A stretch of DNA of 64,000 nucleotides from Octopus sinensis (GCF_006345805.1 NC_042998.1:93372001-93436000), one strand, 5' to 3'. Numbered from the stretch's first letter, positions 13,915 to 26,612 are shown. Notes: generated by a model from the letters alone, not told the origin. Numbers and translations: made by a program.

Positions 13915-14280
13915 AAGTAGCAGAATTGTTAGCGCGTCGAAAAAAAAATGCTTAGCGGCATTTTATCCGTCTTTACGTTCTGAGTTCAAATTTCACCGAG
14001 GCCGACTTTGCCTCTCATTCTTTCGGAAATGCTAAAATAAGTACCAGTTGAGCACCGGGATCGATGTAATCGACTTAAATCCGAAATTGCTGACCTTGTG
14101 CTAAAATTTGAAACCACATTTTACAAAATAATCCATGGCCGAAATGCTTAGCGGCAATTCGTCTGTCTTTACCCTCTCTGAGTTCAAATTCTGTCGAGGT
14201 CGACTTTGCCTTTCATCCTTTCGGGGTCGACTAAATAAGTACTAATTGAGCACTGGAATCGGTGCAATCGACTTACCAGC
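13915..14280 (+). mobile_element. Two tandem degenerate copies of the second SINE family
   Basis: GAGTTCAAATT...GAGG(C/T)CGACTTTGCCT...AAATAAGTAC occurs twice (~13980-14050 and ~14180-14245). Confidence 0.75.
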
Positions 14281-14331
14281 AAAATACGAAACCTATATAG
14301 GATCATGGCCAAATGTTATAATCTTTTGGAC

Positions 14332-14643
14332 CAGGGGTTCTCAACCATTTTTTACGTATCGACCCCTTTGATTCCTATTTTACTTGGGTGGACCACCAGA
14401 AACATTCGATGTATAAAAAATCCTATTGTATTTTTATAACTAAATATTATTAGAACTTATATTTAAAAAATGTTAAAATATATTGTGTATGGTGGACGTA
14501 TAACGAATTTATTGTACATAAACTTTACTGGTCTGAAGTACAAATTTTGTATGGCCTCTGAAAAATTATCATGGACCCTAATTTATTGTATTGCATCTAT
14601 AGACCGCCAAGAATCTTCTATGGACCCCGATTGAGAACCCCTA
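14332..14643. mobile_element. hAT-type MITE
   Basis: Terminal inverted repeats CAGGGGTTCTCAACC / GATTGAGAACCCCTA; degenerate 8-bp flanks TTTTGGAC / TTTTAGGC. Confidence 0.65.
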
Positions 14644-17262
14644 TTTTAGGCAGACTTTTCACCAGTTTTATAATCGAATATAATCTGCTTTCCAGTAATG
14701 CTTTCGTGTTTTGCAACAAGATAATTTTGTGATTGCTACAAAATTTGCCCAAAGGTAAACTGAAGAGGTGTGTTTATCCAAATGAAACCTTAGTCTAGGT
14801 ACCTTACAATTCTAATTCCATGTACAGTGTCTACAAGTGTCATTGAAAACTCTTATCAGTGCAATTATCTTACATGTTAGCAAGAGGACGTCTTTTACTT
14901 CAATACATTCTATGGCAACGCTGCGACTATTAGGTCATCCACAAAATTTTATTTGTTCTTAAATATTTTTCCTACAATTCACTTGTCATCTATATTTATT
15001 TCTATGTCTTTACAAGTACAATTTTAAATGAATATTCAATAAGCACAATCTAACTCTGTTGTACAGTAAAAATGTAGTTTCGTATTCTCTCTCGCTGCCC
15101 ACACAAAAAATAGTATATAACAAAAGAAAAAATACAAAACAAAATAAACCCATTATGGTGGTTTGTTTTTCTTCAAAGTCCTTTACATAGCTATTTAAGT
15201 CCAGTAATATTTCAGAGTTCTTTAATTTATTGCTACAAAACTGTATAAACAAATGCGAAGTTTAAGGCGGAGGTCTCACCAGTTTAGTTGAAAGAAAACA
15301 TATTAAGCGACTAAACCAGATCAAGATTCGCAAAGGAGCGATGTGTGAGAGAGAAAAAATAAACAGTTTTATTTAACTAGATCAGAAAAGCCAGCCAGCC
15401 TTAGTATGATGTATTGTAATATCAACTTAGGACCAGTTAACAATTGTAAAGTGATTACACTGAGGTTCAGTACAGGAGATAAATGTGTGATCATTGAAAA
15501 CATCTCTTATCAAAACATGTGTGCACACGCACATACATAGTGACATACAATAATATTTGCAGTGTAAGTCATTCTATACAATCGGCAGTTAAGCCGCTAA
15601 ATCGAGTCTTTAGACATTGCTACATGAACTTTAGCCATTAAATAAACTAAATTGTTTAATAACATTATAATAGCAATGTTTGTAGTTACTAAAGCTATTT
15701 TTCTTTTAAAGCAGAAGACTCGTATAATGGTGCTTATATTAAAGGCATGAAAAGCGCGAGCTGGCAGAATCGCGAATATCGGGAAAAATGGCCTGCGTTA
15801 TATCTTCCGGCTCTTTATCGTCTTTTAAACCCAACTGCAGTCAACTTTTCCTTTCATGCTGTCGGGCTCGATATAACAAAGTACTTGTCAAGAACTAGGG
15901 ATAGTTGGTATCGATTGATTCTTTCTTAAAATTGCTAGCCTATTGGTTTCAGATTTTTTGACCCAAGGCCCTCGACCCCAGCGGTGGGATTTGAACTCAG
16001 AACGTAATGAAATGGAAGAAATGTCGCTAAACTTTTTGTTCGATGTGCTAACGATTCTGTCATCTAGCCTCCATAGGTGGGTTACTCGTCTATTAAACCG
16101 ACTATATTCTTCGCAAAGTTATAGCTTTGTACTTATGTTAGAAATTAATTTTGCACGCTAAATGCGAGGACACTGACAATAGAAGAAATAACTAATACAG
16201 TACTGGTTTAAAGCTAAAGAAGAATGAGAAATTTCGCTGGGGTAATTTTATTGCCCTTTCAAGAAACTAATTTAGCTACTTATTCAGGTAATATTCGAAC
16301 CTCAATTACTTTATTTTCCTTTTTCTCTCTTCTCAGTCTTCCTCGGTAGACAGAGTCTTTGATCTTAGCAGAAACGAAAGAATATAAGTAATGCAAGCGC
16401 TGTAAAATATCATACTGATAATAACCGTATCATATTGTAAGTGAAAGTTCTTACCAAACTGTTCTCAAAGCAGTTAAAAAATTGTTATTATCGAAGGGCA
16501 TTGAAGCTTCGCGCTTTCAGTTCTAAAATCGGAATCTCAAAAACACTTTTAATTCTCATACTTCCAGGCCGATTAAACATTCATAAACAATAACACAGGA
16601 AGGCCGAATTAACAAAAACAGTAGAGCATCAAATTGGGCGAATAGTTTTTCCAAGTTCTAAGAGGAATTCCGTTCCACCGAGTCGATAAACACCAGATGT
16701 GTATAGACTTTGATTAAGTCATAAAATATTGAATATACAGTTAGAAGAAATCAATATACAAGGATAAATCATCTTCGTATCACAGTTCCTAAAGAAAACG
16801 CAAAAAAATCTGACCTTGACTAGTCCTCAGAAATACTCTAATTGTTAATCGACCGTGTGATTTTTATAGATGATTTATTTCGCTCTATTTTGTATCGCTA
16901 AGGCTACAAAGGAGTTACACAAACAAATAACTGTTTCATCTTCAACGGTTTATAACTATTATCTAGATGCGCCTTCAGTTTGGTTCCTTCTATATGCATT
17001 ACAAGTACAATTTGAATGAAGAAAATTGCATGGACTCTTGTTAACACATACAAGATAACACACACATTTATATGCATATACGTATGTATGTGTATTATAT
17101 ATATATTATATATATATATATGTAATATATAATATATATATATAATTATATATATATATACATAATATGATTGTTGATTGATTGATTGATTGATTCTAGT
17201 TTCAGCTTATGAGCTGTGGCCATGCTGGGGCACCGCCATTTGTGTTGCTACTTGGTTTCACT

Positions 17263-20242
17263 TCATGGAGGCTTTCTAGCAACTGCTATTTGGTGCATGA
17301 GAGAGTTCGATGCAGCTGCCCTCATCTGCCCCTCCTGCCGTGAAGTTGGTTCATCTGGGACACCTGACAGGAAGAGATCCAGCTTCATTTTAAAGACATC
17401 TGTATCCACCCCATGCAGGTCTCTCAGGTTCTTCGGTAGGATATTGAAGAGCTGTGGGCCTCGGAAGCCCAGGCTATCACAGAATCTTGTCCTACATCTT
17501 GATGGCAGGTTTGGAGTCCTAGGCACCACGCAGTGGCGCCCAGTTCTGGCATTTGCGTAACTCTCGATGCCAAAGTTCAGGATCTTCCAGATGTATATTA
17601 TGGCATATCTTTCCCGCCTACGCTCCAGGGAATATAATTTTAATCTCTTGAGTCTTTCCCAGTAGCTTACATTCTGCATAGAGGCTATCTTCTTTGTGTA
17701 GCTTCGTTGGATCGCCTCAAGTTCTGTGATCAACTTGACACTGGATGGTGACCATAGCTGAGAGCAATAGTCAAAGTGGCTTAGGACAAGTGTCTTCCAG
17801 AGGACCATCATGGTTTCTTGTTCTCTTGTTCTAAAGGTTCTAAGAATCCATCCAGCCAGCCGTCTACATTTCATTGTCAGTTTAGCAACATGTACATGAA
17901 AGGTCGCGTCATCACTCATGTGAATACCCAGGTCACGCACTGATTGTGCCTCTGGGATTGCAATCCCTCCGGGTCCAGTGTATTCATTGGGTATTGCATT
18001 CAGTTTTGCATGCTGATGTATAAAGCTTGAAACTTTCCAGCATTGAACTGCATGCTATTCTTTTCAGCCCACTTGTATATTTCGTCCAGCTCACATTGCA
18101 GGTGTTTAGTGTCCTCAGGGTTCTGTATTGCCTGTGAAACTTTTGTATCATCTGCATAACTTGTGATCGTGGCTCTCTGCGTGGCTGAGGGCATGTCTGA
18201 GAGGGCCATTATGAACAGTAGTGGTCCCAGAACAGTGCCCTGCGGAACACCGCTCACTATTTGTGTGTTAATGGAGGGTCCACATTGGCTACTACCACCT
18301 GACTTCTATCCTTCAGAAAGTCATGAAGCCATTCTCCCAGTTTTCCAACTATGTTGAGATCACGCAGTTTGTGACATATCATTCCATGATCGACTTTATC
18401 AAAGGCCTTTGCAAAGTCGAGATATATCACTTCCACCATTTGAGTGGTTGAGCAGCCGTTTCAGCACACCCAGTCATAGTGGTGTAGGAGCTGAGTTAAA
18501 CAGCTTCTCCCTGGTCGGAAACCATGTTGGGTGTCGGGCACAAGTCATTCTCTTCAAGGAAGGTGATCAGCTTCCTTCTGACTATTCGTTCCATGACCTT
18601 GCTGATGTGTGAGGTCAGAGATAGGTCTATAGTTCTTGGCTTCCGCTCTGCTACCTCCTTTATGAATGGGGCATATTTTACCTTCCTTCAGTTTTCCTGG
18701 AAGTTTGCCAGCTGCAAGGAAGCTCTGAAAGAGGAACTGCAGTGGTCTTGCTAGGACTCTCTTACATGCTTTTAGGAGGATTGCCGGGAATCCATCGGGG
18801 CCAGTAGCTGAGTCTGTTTTCATTTCATCTATAGCCTTGGTTACATCGTCTTCTTCCTTTATATCGATGTAATCTATCGTCGCCGCCTCTGATTTTATAT
18901 CTGCAGTGGTAAAAAGTCAGTTGGATTGGTGATTTGGAGATGCCCAAGGGGTGGAGTGAAAACACTCTTGAATTGCTCATTCAGTATTTCACTTACCCTC
19001 ATTGGTTTTCCTGTAAGTGTGCCATCCTTTTCGAGGAGTGGCCTATTCTACAGTGCACTGTAGCTGTTTCTTTGGCATACCTGTAGAAAGCTCTGGGGTT
19101 AGATTTTATGTTTTCTATAGCCCAGGCTTCTTTGTCTGCTCTTTCTTTTTCATGGGAGAGTTGCAGACATTTTTCGATTTCCAACAGTTTTATTTTTAGG
19201 CGGGACTTTTCACTGCTTTCAATCTGTTTGTTTAGGCGATTTGAAAATTTCGTACGCCGTCTCATTAAAATTTTCCTCTCTCTGGGGATTTTGTTCTTGT
19301 GTACAGTGGCCTTTCTCTCTGGGACACATTTGTAGCATATGGCTTGCATTACAGACATGAATTGTTGAAGTTTCACGTCGATGTCTGGCGAGGAGAGACA
19401 TTCAGGCCAGTTTTGTTTGAGGATCTCTTTCTCAATTTGTTTCCAGTTTGCCTTATGGTAGTTCAAGCTGGAAAGATTTTGAGGGTTTCTTGTAGGCTGC
19501 ATGTCCGTGCTCTCTTTTGGCCCGTACATGGTCAGCTCTATCATGTTGTGATCCGAGAGTAGTGTCGGTGTCACTTTCACATTATGGATGAGATCCATGT
19601 CATTTGTGAAGCAGAGATCCAGTGTGTTTCCTGCCCTGGTTGGTTGGAGTATTACCTGCTCCATGTACAGGGTGTTGATGAGGTTCAGGAGGGACCTCGC
19701 CTGTCCTCGTTCACATCTTGTCATTCCTGGGAGAGAAAGGCCCTCGGGCCATCTGACATTGGGCAGATTGAAGTCTCCCATAAGAAGCACACCTATGTGT
19801 TGTTCTAATGTGGTTAGAATTTCTTCTATTTTTATAAGGCAGTCTTCAAACTTGCCCACATGGCTTGGGGCATCTGGAGGGCGATATGTAGCACACACAA
19901 CTACATCAAGTTGCCTAATATGTACAATTTGTGTGTCACACACGAGTTTGAGTATGACAAGAGGACCTGGGGTGTGAGGTCCTCACGGATGTACATAGCA
20001 ACACCTCCATGACTCCTTTCTTTCCTGTCGGTCCGTAGTACAGCATACTGTGGTATGTGTAACTCCGCATCTGCTATGTCCGGTTTCAGGTGCGTTTCTG
20101 TAAGTGCTATGCATAAGGCTTGATTGCATGCAACAAAGTCTCTCAGGAACGGGATCTTTGTCCTGTTACTGAGTGTTTGCAGTCCTCTGATGTTCAGTAG
20201 GAGTATCGAGGTGAGGTGTACGTTGTTGCCGGCGGTGTTCAT
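17263..20242 (-). pseudogene. LINE A ORF2: AP endonuclease plus reverse transcriptase, split by several 1-bp frameshifts
   Basis: Track ORFs 19901-20350, 18999-19943, 18554-18823, 18257-18439, 18000-18257 and 17263-17940 give consecutive APE, RT and C-terminal motifs; ATG at 20242-20240. Confidence 0.9.
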
Positions 20243-21104
20243 CCTGTGTCTGTTTGCTGTGGTGGTCTGGTATATAGTGGGTAGTCCCACCTGCGGGCTT
20301 GGGTTTGATGAAGCCAGGTCAGCTGCTGTACAATCTTTTGTGCCATGCACAAAAAAGATTGTTGCTCAGCAGCTGCTCTTTCGACAACATCATGTTGGCT
20401 GTTTGTGGCGCGCACAACATCTGCGTACCTCCGCTTTGGGGCAGGTGGTGCGTAGTCCATCCCTTTTCTTGTGTTGATGGTTTCCATCTGCCTCGTGTCT
20501 CTGTGGCAGGGTCCCCGATGTGCAAAGCGGCAGCCTGCAACTTCCTTTCCGTGCCAGCAGGAACCTCTCAGGTAGAACATACACCCGTGTGCGCTGTTTG
20601 GTTCCATCCTTTGCGGTTCCACTTCTATTCCTTGTTGTTTCACTCTTTGGTCCTGCTTGAGCTTTTTCTTTTCCTTTAGCTCTTCCAGTCCTTCTTTTAG
20701 TTCTTCTTCCTCCTCCTCTACCTCTTCACCGAGTTCTCCGTCTCCATGGCCCTTGCTGCCGGTTGGAGAACTTGCACCTGGGTTCACTTCCCGGGCAGGT
20801 TTCTCATTCAAAACCTCCTCCTGGGCGTCCACCAGGTGGGGGTGACTTCTTTCATCATCGTCTCCATCTTGCCATCTTTGCCCCGCTCGTTCTCAAAGAT
20901 GGCATCAAGTGCGCCAATGTGCGACCGTACAAGCGCATATGAGCGCACGAATTCCTGTCTCTTTCGCTCCATCTGAGCCGCTGTCCTCTTGTAGCCTCTG
21001 CTCTTCAGCGCAGCCGCAATCACCTCGCTAGGGCTATCTCCGCCGGCGCACTCCCATGCTCGTACGAATAAATCCAGCTCGTCACGTCTCCATGCTCTGG
21101 ACAT
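20239..21104 (-). pseudogene. LINE A ORF1 (~288 aa if one base is restored): Myb/SANT-like domain, acidic/Lys-rich coiled coil, CCCH zinc finger
   Basis: ORFs 20808-21104 and 20239-20832 join if the G5 run at 20838-20842 is G6; CMFYLRGSCWHGKEVAGCRFAH is the CCCH motif. Confidence 0.75.
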
Positions 21105-21169
21105 GCTGGATAATCCGTCTATCCGTTTATCTATCTAATTATGTTCGAGAGAAAACAGGAAGATATTAA

Positions 21170-21616
21170 GGCTAATTAGAAGATAGAGTACTTGAAAAAG
21201 AAATATTAACAATATTAAAGTTTGTGTAAAAACGTTATTTGGGTAAAAAGTTATTTAATCTTAAGGCTAATTAGGAGATAGAGTATCTGAAAATATATTA
21301 GCATATTAATATTATATTAGAGTGTGGGTAAAAAAACGTTATTTTATCTTAAGGCTAATTTGGAGATAGAGTATCTGAAAATATATTAGCAATATTAATA
21401 TTATATTAGAGTGTGGGTAATATTAAACGTTATTTAATTTAATCTTAAGGCTAATTAGAAGACAGAGTATCTGAAAAATTATATATACAATATTAAGCAA
21501 TATTAACCGTTATTTAATTTAATCTTAAGGCTAATTAGACTTATTAATATTAAACGTTATTTAATTAATCTTAAGGCTAATTAGAAGATAGAGTATCTGA
21601 AAATTATTAGCTATAA
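21170..21616. repeat. About six degenerate tandem units of 45-95 bp (core TAATCTTAAGGCTAATTAGRAGATAGAGTATCTGAAAA) in the putative LINE 5'UTR
   Basis: GCTAATT recurs at about 21172, 21264, 21353, 21449, 21530 and 21576. Confidence 0.85.
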
Positions 21617-21617
21617 C

Positions 21618-21648
<31 letters not shown>

Positions 21649-21710
21649 CATTATATATATACATATACATATTATATATATATACATATATATATATATT
21701 ACATATATAT

Positions 21711-21773
<63 letters not shown>

Positions 21774-21775
<2 letters not shown>

Positions 21776-22980
21776 CCTTAAATCCTTAAATCCTTAAAAA
21801 TGTTTTAGCCCGAAGGCCGCGGCCATGCTGGGGCACCACCGCTGAATGAGCCACACTAGTTTGTGAATCCACCTCTGATACGTGGCACTTGATCAACAAG
21901 GGAGTTCGATGCTGCTGCCCGCATCCGTGTCTCCTGTCGTGAGGTAGGTTCATCTGGCACGTCCCACAAGAAGAGATCCAGTTTAGTTTTAAAGAAACCC
22001 ACATCCACACCATGTAAGTCTCTCAGGCATTTAGGGAGGATGTTGAAAAGCTGTGGTCCTCTGAAACCCAAGCTGTTGCAGTATCTGGACCTGTATTTTG
22101 ATGGTGATGTTGGAATCCTTGGCACCACGCAGCGGCGCCCCGTTCTGCGGTTGGAGTAACTTTGAATGCCAAAGTTTGGGATAAGACCCTCCAGGATTTT
22201 CCAGATGTATATTACTGCATATCTCTCCCGCCTCCGCTCCAGGGAGAAGAGGTTTAATACCTTCAGTCTTTCCCAGTAGCTGACATTTTGCATTGAGACG
22301 ATTTTCTTTGTGTGTAGCTTCTCTGAGTTGCTTCGAGTTCTGCTGTTTGTTTTATATTGTGTGGTGACCAAAGTTGGGAGCAGTAGTCCAAGCGGCTGAG
22401 GACAAATGTTTTCCATAGGACCATCAGTGTCTCCTTCTCTCTTGTTCTGAAAGTTCGGAGAATCCATCCAGCTAGCCGTCTGCATTTTATCACCAGATTA
22501 GCAATATGCATTTGGAAAGATGCATCATTGCTCATGTCAATGCCCAGGTCACGCACTGATTTTGACTCAGGGATTGCAATTCTTCCTGGGCCAGTGTATC
22601 CAGTCTTCACGTCATTTACCTTTGTGTGCCAGTAGCGCAGGGCCTGGAACTTACCTGCATTAAACTGCATGTTGTTGTCCTCAGCCCACCTGTATATTGT
22701 GTCCAGCTCATGTTGCAGATGCGCAATATTTTCAGGGTCTGTATTGCGTGGGAGACCTTTGTGTCATCTGCATAGCTAGCAAGGGTGGTCATCGTAGCAA
22801 CTGAAGGCATGTCTGAAAGGGCCACTATGACATCAGTGGCCCCAAGACAGTGCCCTGTGGGACACCGCTTGTTATTTGCGTTTCCTGGAGGTGGCTCCAT
22901 TGCTCACAACTGCCTGTTTTCTGTCTTTTAGGAAGTTGTGCAGCCACTCTCCAAGTTTCCCGCCTATGCCGAGACCACGC
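21774..22980 (-). mobile_element. CR1/L2-group LINE, lineage B, copy B1 (5'-truncated within RT)
   Basis: RT C-terminal ORFs 22263-22670 and 21856-22485; tail (GATTTAAG)n; near-identical to 57682-58880. Confidence 0.93.
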
Positions 22981-23003
22981 ATATATATATATATATATAT
23001 ACC

Positions 23004-23068
<65 letters not shown>

Positions 23069-23158
23069 GATATATATACACATATATATATATATATATA
23101 TATATAGATTATATATACATATAATAATATATATATACATATATATATAATATATTAC

Positions 23159-23195
<37 letters not shown>

Positions 23196-23205
23196 CATAT
23201 ATATC

Positions 23206-23236
<31 letters not shown>

Positions 23237-23426
23237 CATATATATATCTATATATATACTATATATATATATATAATATACATATATATACATATATATA
23301 TATATACCTATATATATATATGTATATATCTATATATATATATATATATATCTACATACATATATCTATATATATACATACATATATATATATATATACA
23401 TATATCATATATATATATATACATAC

Positions 23427-23467
<41 letters not shown>

Positions 23468-23574
23468 CATATATAATAATATAATATATATCTATATATA
23501 TATATATACACATATATATATATAATATATATCTACATATATATATATATTATATATATACATATATATATATG

Positions 23575-23608
<34 letters not shown>

Positions 23609-23609
23609 C

Positions 23610-23645
<36 letters not shown>

Positions 23646-23656
23646 ATATATATACC

Positions 23657-23694
<38 letters not shown>

Positions 23695-23815
23695 GTATAT
23701 ATACATATATATATATGTATATATATACTATATATATATATCATATATATATATGTATATATATACATATATATATATGTATATATATACCATATATACT
23801 ATATATATACAATAC

Positions 23816-23848
<33 letters not shown>

Positions 23849-23885
23849 ATATACATATATATTATACATATATATATATATATAC

Positions 23886-23918
<33 letters not shown>

Positions 23919-23942
23919 CTACATATATATATATATACATAA

Positions 23943-24002
<60 letters not shown>

Positions 24003-24066
24003 CATATATCTATATATATATACATACATATATATATATATATACATATATTATATATATATACAT

Positions 24067-24164
<98 letters not shown>

Positions 24165-24194
24165 CAGTAATATAATATATACCTATATAATATA

Positions 24195-24227
<33 letters not shown>

Positions 24228-24377
24228 TATATATATATATATATATATATATAAATTATTACATATATATATACATCATATAAGCTATACATATCTATAT
24301 ATTTATAATATATATACATATATATATATATACATAATATATATATTATACATATATATATATATACATATATATAT

Positions 24378-24418
<41 letters not shown>

Positions 24419-24473
24419 TATATATATTACATACATATATATATATACATACATATATATATATATATACACA

Positions 24474-24505
<32 letters not shown>

Positions 24506-24531
24506 CATATATATATATACATATATATATA
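22981..24531. repeat. Giant degenerate (TA)n array with CA interruptions, ~1.55 kb
   Basis: Direct reading. Confidence 0.97.
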
Positions 24532-26612
24532 TGCCACAGAAACCAACCACCGAAAGGAAATGGAATGGACCACGCATCACCGGCCCCAAAACGGAGGTAC
24601 GCAGATGTGGTGCGTACCACAAACCACCAACGTGTTGTTGAAAGGGCAGCTGCTGAGCAGGAATCTTTTTTGTGCATGGCACAAAAGATTGTACAGCAGC
24701 TAACCTGGCTCCATCAGGCTCAGGCTCGCAGATGGAACTGCCCACGGTTCACAAGACCGCCACAGCAGATGGACCCAGGGTGGACACCACCGGCAACAGC
24801 ATACACCTCACCTCGATGCTCCTACTGAACATCAGAGGACTACTAACACACAGTAACAGGACAAAAGTCCCGTTCCTGAGAGACTTGTCGCATGCAATAA
24901 GCCTTATGCATAGCACTCACAGAAACGCATCTGAAACCGGACATAGCAGATGCGGAATTACACATACCACAGTATGTTGTACTACGGACGACAGGAAAGA
25001 AAGAAGTCATGGAGGAGTTGCTATGTACATCCGTGGGGACCTCACACCCAGGTCCTTTTGTCATACTCAAACTCGGTGTGTGACACACTAATTGTACACA
25101 TAACAACTTGATGTAGTTGTGTGTGCTACATATCGCCCTCCAGATGCCCCAAGTCATATGGGCAAGTTTGAGGACTGCCTTTTAAAAATAGAAGAAGTTC
25201 TAACCACATTAGAACAACACATAAGTGTACTTCCATGGGAGACTTCAATCTACACGAATGTCAGATGGCCCGAGGGCCTTTCTCTCCCAGGAATGACAAG
25301 ATGTGAACGAGGACAGGCGAGGTCCCTCCTGAACCTCACCAACACCCTGTACATGGAGCAAGTAATACTCCAACCAACCAGAGCGGGTAACACACTGGAT
25401 CTCTGCTTCACAAATAATATGGATCTCATCCATAATGTGAAAGTGACACCGACACTACTCTCGGATCACAACATGGTAGAGCTGACCATGTACGGGCCAA
25501 AAGAGAGCACGGACATGCAGCCTACAAGAAACCCTCAGAGTCCTCTCCAGCTTGAACTTCAATAAGGCAAACTGGAAACAAATTGAGAAAGAGATCCTCA
25601 AACAAAACTGGCCTGAATGTCTCTCCTCGCCGGACATCGACATGATACTTCAACAATTCATGTCTGTAATGCAAGCCATATGCTACAAATGTGTCCCAGA
25701 GAGAAAGGCCACCGTACACAAGAACAAAATCCCCAGAGAGAGACAAATTTTAATGAGACGGCGCACAAAAATCTATCTCAAATCGCCTAAACAAACAAAT
25801 TGAAAGCAGTGAAAAGTCCCGCCTGAAATAAAACTGTTGGAAATTGAAAATTGTCTGCAACTCCCCATGAGAAGGAAAGAGCAGACAAAGAAGCCTGGGC
25901 TATAGACAACATAAAAACTAACCCCAGAGCTTTCTACAGGTATGCCAAGAAACAGCTACGGTGCACTGTAGGTAGGGCCACTCCTCGAAAAGGATGGCAC
26001 ACTCACAGGAAAACCAATGAGGGTAAGTGAAATACTGATGAACAATTCAAGAGTGTTTTCACTCCACCCCTTGGGCATTTCCAAATCAGCAATCCAACTG
26101 ACTTTTTTACCACTGCAGATATAGAATCAGAGGCGCGACGTTAAATTACATCGATATAAAGGAATGATGTAATAAAGGCTATAGATGAAATGAAAATAGA
26201 CTCAGCTATTGGTCCCGATGGATTCCCGGCAATCCTCCTAAAAGTATGTAAGAGAGTCTTAGCAAGACCACTGCAGTTCCTCTTTCAGAGCTTCCTTGCA
26301 GCTGGCAAACTTCCAAGAAAACTGAAGGAAGGTAAAATATGCCCTATTCATAAAGGAGGTAGCAGAGCGGAGGCCAAGAACTACAGACCTATCTCTCTGA
26401 CCTCACACATCAGCAAGGTCATGGAACGAATAGTCAGAAGGAAACTAATCACCTTCCTTGAAGAAAATGACTTGCTGCCTGACACCCAACATGGTTTCCG
26501 ACCGACCAGGAAGCTGCTTAACTCAGCTCCTGCAGCACTATGACTGGGTGCTGAAACAACTGCTCAACCACTCAAATGTGGAAGTGATATATCTCGACTT
26601 CGCAAAGGCCTT
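24532..26612 (+). mobile_element. CR1/L2-group LINE, sublineage A' (end of ORF1, APE, RT up to YLDFAKA; no 3' end)
   Basis: Clearly homologous to but diverged from A; ORFs 24672-25091, 25119-25565, 25552-25803 and 26190-26543. Confidence 0.93.

Larger units (their letters stand above)
17168..21616 (-). mobile_element. CR1/L2-group LINE, lineage A, apparently full length (~4.45 kb)
   Basis: In order on the minus strand: 5' tandem repeats, ORF1, ORF2 ([28 protein letters not shown]; [31 protein letters not shown]; C-terminal LERRRERY), 3'UTR stem-loop and (AATC)n tail; both ends in (TA)n. Confidence 0.93.

Noticed and set aside
16310-16395. Possible host exon after a strong polypyrimidine tract and AG at ~16337 (SSSVDRVFDLSRNERI*); similar candidates near 9930, 10462 and 34617
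   Set aside because: Splice-like signals only; no recognisable protein and no consistent exon chain. RNA-seq would be needed.
20657-20845. Ser-rich plus-strand ORF and other antisense ORFs over the LINEs
   Set aside because: Shadow frames of Glu/Lys-rich or conserved LINE coding sequence.
24532-26612. ADAR-type A-to-G hypermutation as the cause of ATGA to GTGG in A'
   Set aside because: By eye the A versus A' differences include all substitution types and many look synonymous, consistent with subfamily divergence; no clear A-to-G excess.
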